From positions 446,930 through 478,929 of the forward strand of contig NZ_CM001976.1 in assembly GCF_000406145.1 (NCBI RefSeq): a stretch of 32,000 bases of DNA. Direction: 5' to 3'. The DNA is from Dickeya dadantii NCPPB 898. GTDB taxonomy: Bacteria > Pseudomonadota > Gammaproteobacteria > Enterobacterales > Enterobacteriaceae. Below, one piece after another: positions 8,207 to 16,065 of the stretch; the first letter of the stretch is position 1; every line of letters begins with the position of its first letter. The notes beneath the pieces are model-generated. The model was not told the DNA's origin. It saw only the letters and a program-made list of their open reading frames with translations, and did no database searches. Made by a program: the position numbers and the translations under genes.

Positions 8207-8833
8207 TTATACCTGATACAAAAAACGGCACAGCTGAAACGCCATAAAAATCATGTAGCAGCCGATCAGGGTGTCGATGACGCGCCAGGTGAGCGGGTTG
8301 GCGAAATAGCGCGAGCAGGCGGCGGCCGTGTAGCCGATGGTGTAGAACCAGATAAACGACGCGCTGATGGAGCCGGCCAGATAAAACAGTTTCAGGTCGG
8401 GGGCGATGCCGGAGGAAATGCCGCCGATGATCGCCACCGTGTCCAGATAGACATGCGGATTGAGCAGGCTGACCGCCAGACAGGCGCCGATCACCGTGCG
8501 CCGGCGGCGCAGGCCGTCGCCCTGGGTGGTGAGCGTCAGCTGGTTGTTGCCGCGCCAGGCGCTTTTCAGCGCGTTGTAACCGTACCACAGCAGAAACAGC
8601 ACCCCGGCCAGCGTCAGCGTGGTGATCGCCGGTTTGCTGTCGTTGATGATTTTGCCAAGCCCCAGCACGCCGAGCGTCATCAGCGCCATATCGCATAAAA
8701 AACACACCGAACTGACCCAGAACACGTGCTCCCGGCGCATCCCCTGGCGCAACACGAACGAATTCTGCGCACCGATCGCGACGATCAAACCGGCGCTGGT
8801 CATAAAACCGGTGATAAAAACAGGTAGTGGCAT
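8207..8833 (-). CDS. LysE/ArgO family basic amino-acid exporter
   Basis: IGAQNSFVLRQG, FLLWYGYNALKSAW and LLNPHVYLDTV track my memory of E. coli ArgO (GPQNAFVMNQG, FLLWYGFGAFKTA, WLNPHVYLDTF). The 255-aa ORF in another frame (8094..8861) is Arg/His-rich shadow sequence. Confidence 0.85.
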   Translation of the reverse strand: MPLPVFITGFMTSAGLIVAIGAQNSFVLRQGMRREHVFWVSSVCFLCDMALMTLGVLGLGKIINDSKPAITTLTLAGVLFLLWYGYNALKSAWRGNNQLTLTTQGDGLRRRRTVIGACLAVSLLNPHVYLDTVAIIGGISSGIAPDLKLFYLAGSISASFIWFYTIGYTAAACSRYFANPLTWRVIDTLIGCYMIFMAFQLCRFLYQV

Positions 8834-8852
8834 GGTTTCTCTTGAATCCCGT

Positions 8853-8900
8853 GTGAATCAATAACTTTGTGAATCAATAACGTGGTGAATCAATAACGTG
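8853..8900. repeat. Three head-to-tail 16-bp direct repeats (gtgaatcaataac + 3 nt) in the 5' region of the ArgO-like gene
   Basis: Units are at 8853-8868, 8869-8884 and 8885-8900. The 13-nt core is identical in all three, and units 2 and 3 are fully identical. The array starts 20 nt upstream of the start codon at 8833. Confidence 0.9.
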
Positions 8901-9010
8901 AAGAATTACGCCGGGGCGGGGCGTTATCCCTCGCTCCGGCGCTCGGCGTGCATCATTGATAAATTACGGTGAGAAGGCCAATGAATAGATTTAATCGGTA
9001 ATCAGGCCGG

Positions 9011-9787
9011 CTAATGCTTTGAAAAGATATTCTCCCGGTGGTGCTGAATATGCGCGAGCTTCGGCGCATATTTCTCTTCTTTGGGCAGATGCAGCGGCTT
9101 GCCTTCATATTGTTCAAACTGACTTTGCACAATATCGCTGGTCAGGACTTTGATGCGCGGCGACAGCAGTAATTCCAGATGATCGTTAAAACCAATCAAC
9201 CCTTGGTCAAAGGCTTTGTCGTGCAGCGCGGACAGACATAATCCGTTGCTGGGATCCAACCGGTGCTCGGCGATGTCTTTCCACGGGCGAATATGACTGG
9301 CGATCAATAAGATCGGCTCTTCCAACCCGGTAATACAGCAGCGTTCGTCGTACGCATTCAATACCCGTTTGCGAAACTGTTGCTGGCCGACGCGCGCTTT
9401 GGTGGCGGTCAGGCATTCGTGGCCGCAATAATCGGGCGCGCTTTCTTCTTGCGCGTGCAGCGGCGTTGTATCGGGGGCCGCCAGCGCCGCTATCGCCTGC
9501 TGGCATTGCTGCTCGAAGGCTTCCGGGTCTTGCTCCAGTTCCTGCCACAGTTCGCGATCGGCTTTGGACGCCTGGCTTAACCCGGTACGACCGGAGTCGA
9601 TGATCACCGGGTCTAGACTGGCGATATTCACCAGCTTCATCGCCAGCGCGGAAGGGGTTCTGCCAATCAGCTTGGCGTAGTGGATAATCTCGGGATTGCG
9701 GGAGTGGAGCTTGCCGAACGGTAATTGGCTGTACAACGTAAACGCAACCAATAATTGGTCACGCGTCCAGAGCGTGGAGGCTGCCAT
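9011..9787 (-). CDS. HNH_2-type endonuclease with an uncharacterised N-terminal domain (putative restriction-like nuclease)
   Basis: C-terminal motifs CCITGLEEPILLIASHIRPW and NGLCLSALHDKAFDQGLIGF are characteristic of the HNH_2 (COG3440-like) family. I do not recognise the roughly 130-aa N-terminal domain. Confidence 0.8.
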   Translation of the reverse strand: MAASTLWTRDQLLVAFTLYSQLPFGKLHSRNPEIIHYAKLIGRTPSALAMKLVNIASLDPVIIDSGRTGLSQASKADRELWQELEQDPEAFEQQCQQAIAALAAPDTTPLHAQEESAPDYCGHECLTATKARVGQQQFRKRVLNAYDERCCITGLEEPILLIASHIRPWKDIAEHRLDPSNGLCLSALHDKAFDQGLIGFNDHLELLLSPRIKVLTSDIVQSQFEQYEGKPLHLPKEEKYAPKLAHIQHHRENIFSKH

Positions 9788-10003
9788 GCGTGTTCCTGCG
9801 AGTTAACGTATCGCATTAGTCGATGCGCTAACTATGCCAGGCGACGGCGTAAAAATCATGGTGTTCATCAACGGGATGAAGCACGAATTGCCGGGCGCAT
9901 CAATTGCGCCCCCCGGCCAAACCCAGTAGGGTAACGGGTACAAAAAACGTGTGGTGGTGACCTGCCGCGTACTTCACGCCTTCCATTTTCTTCGGACATT
10001 ATT

Positions 10004-11395
10004 TTGAACGCTGCTGTTACCTCTCAGGGTGCGGGATCCGCCGTCGACGGATTACCGATGCCGGCGCGTATCGGCGCCATTTTCGCTATTGCGTTCGGCA
10101 TTGCCATGGCGGTGTTGGACGGGGCGCTCGTCAACGTGGCGTTGCCCACCATCGCCGCGGATTTCAACACCAGCCCGGCGTCGTCGATCTGGATCGTCAA
10201 CGCCTATCAGCTGGCGATCACCATGACGCTGCTGTCGCTGTCGTCGCTGGGCGATATCGTCGGTTATCGCCGCGTCTATCTGGTGGGGTTGGTACTGTTT
10301 ACGCTGATGTCGGTGGTGTGCGCGCTGGCGGATTCGCTACCGACGCTGACGCTGGCGCGCATTCTGCAGGGGCTGGCGGCCGCGGCGCTGATGAGCGTCA
10401 ACACCGCGCTGATCCGGCTGATTTACCCCAGAGATAAGCTCGGGCGCGGCATGGCGATCAACTCGCTGGTGGTGGCGGTGTCCACCGCCGCCGGGCCGAC
10501 CGTCGCGGCGGGGATTCTGGGCGTGGCGTCGTGGCAGTGGCTGTTTGCCATCAATATACCGTTCGGTATTGTGGCGCTGCTGTTGGGGTGGCGTTTCCTG
10601 CCGCGTAACGACGGAGTAAGAGCGCAGCGTTTCGACGCCCCGAGCGCGTTGCTGAACGCGCTGACCTTCGGGCTGTTTTTCATCGCGCTGGGTGGATTCG
10701 CTCACGGTCAGAACCTGTGGCTGGTGCTGGGCGAACTGGCGCTCACCTTGCTGGTGGGCGGCTATTTCTTCCGGCGGCAGTTGACTCAGTCTTACCCTCT
10801 GTTGCCGGTGGATCTGCTGCGTATTCCGGTATTTGCGCTGTCGATGGGTACGTCAATCAGTTCGTTCTGCGCGCAGATGCTGGCGATGGTGTCGCTGCCG
10901 TTCTATTTCCAGAGTGCGCTGGGGATGAATGAAATCGAAACCGGTCTGCTGCTCACCCCCTGGCCGCTGGCGATCATGGCGGTGGCCCCGCTGGCGGGGC
11001 GCTGGCTTGAGCGCGTCAACGCCGGGGTATTGTGCACCATCGGGCTGTCGCTGTTTGCGCTGGGATTGTTCTCGCTGGCCTGGCTGCCGGCTTCGCCGGG
11101 CTATCTGGACATCTGCCTGCGTATGGTGCTGTGCGGCATTGGCTTTGGATTATTCCAGTCGCCGAACAATCACACCATCATCAGCGCGGCGCCCCGCCAT
11201 CGCAGCGGCGGCGCCAGCGGCATGCTGGGCACCGCCCGGCTGGTGGGTCAGACCGCCGGCGCGGCGCTGGTGGCGCTGATGTTCAACCTGTTCGGCGAGT
11301 TGGGCACTCATGCGGCGTTGATGACTGCCGGGACCTTTGCCACGCTGGCCGCCATCGTCAGCGGTCAGCGGATTTCGCGGCTGAAAACGGACTAG
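10004..11395 (+). CDS. MFS transporter, DHA2 (EmrB/QacA-like, 14-TMS) subfamily
   Basis: About 460 aa and highly hydrophobic with many TM segments (I did not count them). Typical MFS motifs are present (LGDIVGYRRVY, LQGLAAAALM). The start is uncertain: TTG at 10004, or ATG at 10058. Confidence 0.9.
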   Translation: MNAAVTSQGAGSAVDGLPMPARIGAIFAIAFGIAMAVLDGALVNVALPTIAADFNTSPASSIWIVNAYQLAITMTLLSLSSLGDIVGYRRVYLVGLVLFTLMSVVCALADSLPTLTLARILQGLAAAALMSVNTALIRLIYPRDKLGRGMAINSLVVAVSTAAGPTVAAGILGVASWQWLFAINIPFGIVALLLGWRFLPRNDGVRAQRFDAPSALLNALTFGLFFIALGGFAHGQNLWLVLGELALTLLVGGYFFRRQLTQSYPLLPVDLLRIPVFALSMGTSISSFCAQMLAMVSLPFYFQSALGMNEIETGLLLTPWPLAIMAVAPLAGRWLERVNAGVLCTIGLSLFALGLFSLAWLPASPGYLDICLRMVLCGIGFGLFQSPNNHTIISAAPRHRSGGASGMLGTARLVGQTAGAALVALMFNLFGELGTHAALMTAGTFATLAAIVSGQRISRLKTD

Positions 11396-12842
11396 TCAGG
11401 TTGTTGCCGTCGGCGCTCAGCAGGTGCTGGAACGACGGCAACGCGCAGAGGCGCTGCGTCAGTTGATGCGCTTGCTCAGCGCTAACCAGATTGGTGAATC
11501 CCATCAGTAATCCTCCGGCGCTGTCCGGCCGTTGCCGCCATTGGCTCAGTGCCTGAATGGATAACCCGGCGGAGATGGCTTCTGCCGCGATATCCACATC
11601 GAGCGAGTCTCCCGGCGGCAGGCGGGCCAGCAGATGCATTCCGCCCGCACTGGCGTGAAGATGTAGTTTGTTGCCTGCCAGTGTGGTGAGTGCGTCTTGC
11701 AGATAACCACGGCGCCTGGCGTAGAGCGCCCGCATTTTTCTGATATGCCGGGCGAAATATCCCCGCTCCATAAAGTCGGCCGCGGTGGCTTGCGCCAGCG
11801 TGAAACCATTACTGTGCAGGATTTGCGCCGTCTGCTGAAATATCGGGATCTGTGTCTGCGGCACCACCAGATAGGCCAGTCGCAGGCCGGGGAAAAAAAC
11901 TTTACTGAATGTCCCGGTGTAAATAACCCGTTCGTCGCTATCCAGACTTTTTAGCGCAGGTAACGGTCGGCCGTGATAGCGGAATTCGCTGTCATAATCA
12001 TCTTCGATAATCCACGCTCCCCGGCGAGCCGCCCACGCCAGCAACGCCAGACGGCGCGGCAACGATAGCGCTACGCCAAGCGGGCTCTGGTGGGTCGGCG
12101 TCACAACGGCGAAGCGGGCGTGCCCTGCGTATTGTTCACCCGCCGCCACATCGATCCCTGCTTCATCCACCGGCACCGGCGCCAATTGCATACCGGCGTG
12201 CAGCAGAAACCGACGCGCAAACGGATAACCGGGGTCTTCATACCACCCGAGATCGCCGGGTGTGAACAGCGACCGACATATCAAATCCAGCGAGCAGTGG
12301 TAGCCTGCGGTGATGAAAACCTGTTGCTCTGAGCAGGCGATACCGCGGGAGATACCGAGATAGGCGGCAATAGCACGGCGTAACGGGAGGCATCCCTGTG
12401 GGTCAGGGTAGGCCAACGCATCACCGCCCAGCGTTCGCAGGCGCTGTCCAGCCAGTCGGTTCCAGGTTTTACGCGGAAAGGCGTCCAGAGCCGGTAATCC
12501 CAACTGAAAAGGCAGAATCGCCGGGCTTTGCGGTTCGGGCTGCGGGCGTGATGGCGGCGGGGCGGCGGGCGCATGACCTGGCGTCAGGTTGGTTAGGCCG
12601 GGTGAAACGATCGTACCGGCCGGCCCTCGGGGTAGCAGATAACCTTCGCTTGTCAGTCTCTGATAGGCCGCTTCCACCGTGCCGCGCGCCAGATTCAGCT
12701 CGCTAGCCAGACTGCGTACTGAGGGTACCCGCTCGCCGGGGTGTAATTGCCCGGTGGCGATCGCATCCCGAATCCGCTGGTAAAGCTGTTGATTGAGCGG
12801 TGCCGAAGGCCGTGGCGAGAACGGTCTGGTCAGAAAATCCAT
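11358..12842 (-). CDS. MocR/PdxR-type regulator (GntR wHTH fused to a fold-type I aminotransferase-like domain)
   Basis: N-terminal GERVPSVRSLASELNLARGTVEAAYQRLTSEGYL, and a C-terminal PLP-lysine context TFSKVFFPGLRLAYL. It is divergent from the GNAT/AhpD pair. Its 3' end overlaps the MFS 3' end by 38 nt. Confidence 0.9.
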   Translation of the reverse strand: MDFLTRPFSPRPSAPLNQQLYQRIRDAIATGQLHPGERVPSVRSLASELNLARGTVEAAYQRLTSEGYLLPRGPAGTIVSPGLTNLTPGHAPAAPPPSRPQPEPQSPAILPFQLGLPALDAFPRKTWNRLAGQRLRTLGGDALAYPDPQGCLPLRRAIAAYLGISRGIACSEQQVFITAGYHCSLDLICRSLFTPGDLGWYEDPGYPFARRFLLHAGMQLAPVPVDEAGIDVAAGEQYAGHARFAVVTPTHQSPLGVALSLPRRLALLAWAARRGAWIIEDDYDSEFRYHGRPLPALKSLDSDERVIYTGTFSKVFFPGLRLAYLVVPQTQIPIFQQTAQILHSNGFTLAQATAADFMERGYFARHIRKMRALYARRRGYLQDALTTLAGNKLHLHASAGGMHLLARLPPGDSLDVDIAAEAISAGLSIQALSQWRQRPDSAGGLLMGFTNLVSAEQAHQLTQRLCALPSFQHLLSADGNNLTSPFSAAKSADR

Positions 12843-12948
12843 CGCTATGTCCTTATCAATATGACATATCTTGCCCCTATTGAGTGGGTCATTGTTGGCC
12901 TACAGTAGCCCGCATTGCAACCCCCTTAATGCAGTAAGGAGCAGGAAG

Positions 12949-13398
12949 ATGGCCGACATTCACCTGGCATTGGCCAGTAGTCAGACAGAGCAGCTGGCGT
13001 GTTTTAGCCTGATGCAGGCCCTGCGACCACATTTAACCGACGGTGAGCAATTTGTTCGTCAGGTACAACGACAGGCTCAGCACGGTTATCGGCTGCTCGT
13101 GGCCTGGCAGGAAGGCATGGCGATCGGGCTGGCTGGGTATCGGTTGCAGGAAAATCTGGTTTATGGGCGCTTTTTGTACGTTGATGACCTGGTATGCCAG
13201 GCCGATGTGCGCGGGCAAGGCATCGGCGATCGGCTGATGCAGGCGATGTATCAGGAGGCCGCGCGCGAACGGTGCGCTCATCTGGTGCTGGACTCCGCGT
13301 TATCTAACGCGTTAGCCCATCGTTTCTATTTTCGTCAGGGGCTGCTGGCGCGAGCCCTGCGTTTTAGCGCGCCGATTCACTGTGGAGAAGTACTATGA
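12949..13398 (+). CDS. GNAT family N-acetyltransferase
   Basis: Motif A VRGQGIGDRLMQ and a C-terminal FYFRQG. I prefer the ATG at 12949, which has an AAGGAG Shine-Dalgarno, over the TTG at 12871. Confidence 0.85.
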   Translation: MADIHLALASSQTEQLACFSLMQALRPHLTDGEQFVRQVQRQAQHGYRLLVAWQEGMAIGLAGYRLQENLVYGRFLYVDDLVCQADVRGQGIGDRLMQAMYQEAARERCAHLVLDSALSNALAHRFYFRQGLLARALRFSAPIHCGEVL

Positions 13399-13826
13399 AT
13401 GCATTACGTTTGCCCTATGCCACGCTGTCGCCGGAAGCCTATCAGGGGTTGTTGATGACTAAAAAGGCGCTGGAGAAAAGTACCCTCGGGCTTGAGCTGA
13501 TAGAACTGGTTTATTTGCGCATTTCTCAGATCAACGGCTGTGCCTTTTGTTTAAAAATGCATGCCGGATGGCTGCGGGGGGCCGGCGTAAGCAATGAAAA
13601 AATGGATAGTCTGGCTGGGTGGCGGGTCTGTACATTGTTCAGCCCTCGCGAGCAGGCCGCGCTGGCCTGGACGGAATCGCTGGCGGATGTGGCGCTGACC
13701 CATGCTCCGGATGAGCACTTTACGCCGCTGCGCGAGCACTTCACCGAGATGGAGATCGCCGATCTTTGCTTTGCCATCGCCCTGATGAGCGCCTTCAATC
13801 GACTGGCTATCGGGGCACGTCAGTAG
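13395..13826 (+). CDS. Carboxymuconolactone decarboxylase / AhpD-like family protein
   Basis: A CxxC motif sits in the typical context (INGCAFCLKMH). The size is about 143 aa. An ATGA overlap couples it to the preceding GNAT gene. Confidence 0.85.
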   Translation: MNALRLPYATLSPEAYQGLLMTKKALEKSTLGLELIELVYLRISQINGCAFCLKMHAGWLRGAGVSNEKMDSLAGWRVCTLFSPREQAALAWTESLADVALTHAPDEHFTPLREHFTEMEIADLCFAIALMSAFNRLAIGARQ

Positions 13827-13920
13827 CCAGCTGATACCCACCGGGGTTGGCGCATGCATCCCGGTGGAGAACGTCCGGTTGTCTGTGAAAGCGATTCCTG
13901 CTACACCTGATGCCGCCAGT

Positions 13921-14103
13921 GCCAGCGGTATGTTGGGCACAGCCCGACTGGTGGGGCAGACCACCGGCGCGGCGCTGGTGGCACGGATGTTTAACCTGTT
14001 CGGCGGGCTAAGGACCCATGCGGCGTTGATGACGGCTGGCACCTTCGCGACGCTGGCCGCCATTGTCAGTGGGCAGCGGATTTCGCGGTTATCTCAGCCT
14101 TAA
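13921..14103 (+). pseudogene. Orphan 3'-terminal fragment (about 60 codons) of a second, diverged MFS transporter gene
   Basis: ASGMLGTARLVGQTTGAALVARMFNLFGGLRTHAALMTAGTFATLAAIVSGQRISRL aligns without gaps to the C-terminus of the intact MFS protein encoded at 11213-11380. By my hand count there are 23 mismatches in 168 nt. The tracked ORF (13864..14103) has an unrelated 19-aa N-terminus. Confidence 0.8.
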
Positions 14104-14113
14104 CGAAGAATAG

Positions 14114-14140
14114 GGCCGTTCCCGCGATACTGAAACGGCC
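14114..14140. terminator. Weak hairpin between the MFS fragment and the 3' end of the DUF4276 gene
   Basis: ggccgtt / aacggcc is a 7-bp stem with a 13-nt loop. There is no clear T-run on either strand. Confidence 0.25.
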
Positions 14141-14162
14141 TGATGTTGCGACGTAAGTAGAA

Positions 14163-14786
14163 TCACGAAGACATACGGGAGCGTAGTTGGGTAATAAACC
14201 GCTGCGCCCAGGGAGAGGCCTGCTGTACTTTGGCAGGGTCAATGAGCGCCAGTAAGGTGAACGAGTGTGCCCCTTTGCCGTAGCGGCCTTTGGTTGTGCT
14301 GCGGGTCGCGTTTTCAAGCATGTCGTAAACCTGCCGTTTAGCGATGCGTTCTACATTCCCTTGAGGTAAGAGACTTGTTCGAAAGCCCTGACCAAAAAAC
14401 GACGCCAACGTGATACTGTCGGCAATCAGCCAGCTTTCCATACACTGTGTCATCAGATGACATTGTTGATCGTCCGATCCAGCCGGTTTTTCCCAGCCAT
14501 CGCCTTGTCGTTGCCTGAGGTGTAGCCAAGGCTGCCACTGGTTTGGATCTGCGTTCTGCTGTGCTACTGCGATGACAGGCTCTTCACTATCCACCAGCAA
14601 CATGGCGGGGGTTTCCTGACGAATAGCGATACAGAACGAGTTATATGCATCACGTCGGCTACCACACGCGATGATTCTGGGCATGGTTCCTGTCAGCCCC
14701 GCTTTTTTCAGAAATTCGGCAAATCCTCTACGGCATTCTGCTCTCAGACTATTGGTATCACCACCGCCTTCGACATACACGTTCAC
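14163..14786 (-). CDS. DUF4276-like protein (Toprim-like putative nuclease), partner of the upstream ATPase
   Basis: The 207-aa protein starts MNVYVEGGGD (conserved Glu near the N-terminus) and has a later acidic strand-end motif MLLVDSEEP. This is consistent with a Toprim-type E...DxD/E arrangement and with my recollection of DUF4276. Its GTG start forms a GTGA overlap with the ATPase stop. Confidence 0.75.
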   Translation of the reverse strand: MNVYVEGGGDTNSLRAECRRGFAEFLKKAGLTGTMPRIIACGSRRDAYNSFCIAIRQETPAMLLVDSEEPVIAVAQQNADPNQWQPWLHLRQRQGDGWEKPAGSDDQQCHLMTQCMESWLIADSITLASFFGQGFRTSLLPQGNVERIAKRQVYDMLENATRSTTKGRYGKGAHSFTLLALIDPAKVQQASPWAQRFITQLRSRMSS

Positions 14787-15943
14787 CAGCGTGTCCCTCC
14801 GATATCACCACGTGTCCACAGTTGCCCCAGCCGATAGTTTTCGAGCCAGGGTTTAAGGTTTTCGGCATCCAGCCTCGTCATCGTGGTGCCTTCCAGCGTT
14901 TTTTCTGCGACCAGCACGGCATCGGGTTGATCGCTCATGGCGTCAACCAGTACATCGGAGTGAGTGGTGACGATCAATTGCGTACGGTTGCTCGCTTCTT
15001 TCAACAGAGCTCCCAGCGTGGGGAGCACATCCGGGTGTAAGCCCAGCTCGGGTTCTTCAAGACAAATCAATGGTGGGGGATTGGGGTGACACAATACGGC
15101 CAACAAGCATAAATAGCGCAATGTACCGTCAGACAACCGCGTGGCAGGAATGGTAAATCTCCCTTCATGGAAAAAGACCTGAACCGTGCCCCCTTCGATC
15201 TGCACGTCGTAATCATCAATACCGTCATAAAGTGCCTGTAGCGCTTTTAGCAATCGCTGTTTGACCAGAGGGTCACGACGCAAACGGTTCAGCACTAGCC
15301 CCAGATTGGTACTGGTGGATTCCAGATGATCATTGGGCAGATCGGCCTTTTGTGGTTGACGTGGTGGCGTATAGCGACCGAAGCTCCACTCCCGATACAG
15401 ACGAATTCGGGCAAGTTCTTGAGCAAGATAGGTAATTTCTGGATATTGGTCTGGATCCCGGCGTTGAGCCAGAATCGATTTTTCCAGATCGATATCTTCC
15501 AGTTGCAGTGCCCTTTTCTTGTTTTTCACATTCAATGTGGGCCGGGCGTTATTGAAATGGTAGTAAAAATAGGGCTCAGGATGCCCGTCAGCGGGGTGTT
15601 CGTTTTCAATCCGCTCATCCACCATTTCAAAACGCTGGGCAACTTCCGTAAAAGAAAGCTGATAGCGCAAAGATTGTGGCCCTTTGGGATTGGTGAATAC
15701 GGCATTTAGTGTAGCGGTAGGCTTGCCCTGACCACCTTTCCATAGCCAGTCGCTGACCCCACCTCCATCCCTTATCGGCGTAATCAGTTTATCGGGGGCA
15801 TTACGTAATAACTCGATGGCCTCCAGCAAATTGGATTTACCCGAACCGTTAGGGCCAACAATGACATTGAGCGCTTTAAGTTCGATAGGCTGAGTTGACG
15901 CGCCAAAACTCAGAAAGTTGGTGAGCTGGATGGATTTAATCAT
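14783..15943 (-). CDS. ABC/SMC-like AAA ATPase (AAA_21/AAA_15 type), soluble
   Basis: Walker A is VGPNGSGKSNLLEAI, the signature-like motif is RLSDGTLRYL, Walker B is PLICLEEPELGLHP, and the His-switch is IVTTHS. A long helical insert separates Walker A from the signature motif. There are no TM segments. I prefer the ATG at 15943 (MIKSIQLTNF), which is the typical N-terminus of this family. Confidence 0.9.
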   Translation of the reverse strand: MIKSIQLTNFLSFGASTQPIELKALNVIVGPNGSGKSNLLEAIELLRNAPDKLITPIRDGGGVSDWLWKGGQGKPTATLNAVFTNPKGPQSLRYQLSFTEVAQRFEMVDERIENEHPADGHPEPYFYYHFNNARPTLNVKNKKRALQLEDIDLEKSILAQRRDPDQYPEITYLAQELARIRLYREWSFGRYTPPRQPQKADLPNDHLESTSTNLGLVLNRLRRDPLVKQRLLKALQALYDGIDDYDVQIEGGTVQVFFHEGRFTIPATRLSDGTLRYLCLLAVLCHPNPPPLICLEEPELGLHPDVLPTLGALLKEASNRTQLIVTTHSDVLVDAMSDQPDAVLVAEKTLEGTTMTRLDAENLKPWLENYRLGQLWTRGDIGGTRW

Positions 15944-16065
15944 GTCACTTTTTCCACAATGCATTTCTCTGCATGTTAACGCGCCAGTCGCGCGTATTCA
16001 AAAATATGGATGTATGAAAAACACTGGCGCGAAAACGCTTTTCACTGTACCTATTTTTACCGGCA

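Noticed and set aside
8094-8861. 255-aa minus-strand ORF overlapping the ArgO-like gene in another frame, together with the similar ORFs 17454..18104, 18017..18604, 18825..19523, 23640..24365, 24466..25044, 25069..25650 and 25631..26116
   Set aside because: All are Arg/His/Pro/Gly-rich and lack start-codon context. Each overlaps a frame with clear family motifs.
8853-8900. CRISPR array (considered also for the repeats at 27910-27978)
   Set aside because: The repeats are directly abutting or separated by only about 3 nt, with no spacers. The units are only 16-18 bp, there are just 3-4 copies, and there are no cas genes. These are simple tandem repeats.
13864-13920. N-terminal part of tracked ORF 13864..14103 as a genuine small gene
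   Set aside because: The first 19 codons have no counterpart in the MFS protein and start at a GTG with no Shine-Dalgarno. The ORF exists only because the pseudogene frame happens to stay open.
15982-16030. Inverted repeat gcgccagt / actggcgc between the deoR stop and the ATPase start, considered as a terminator
   Set aside because: The arms are only 8 bp, they are separated by a loop of about 33 nt, and no T-run follows. That is too weak to call. It may still be promoter-proximal for the ATPase gene.
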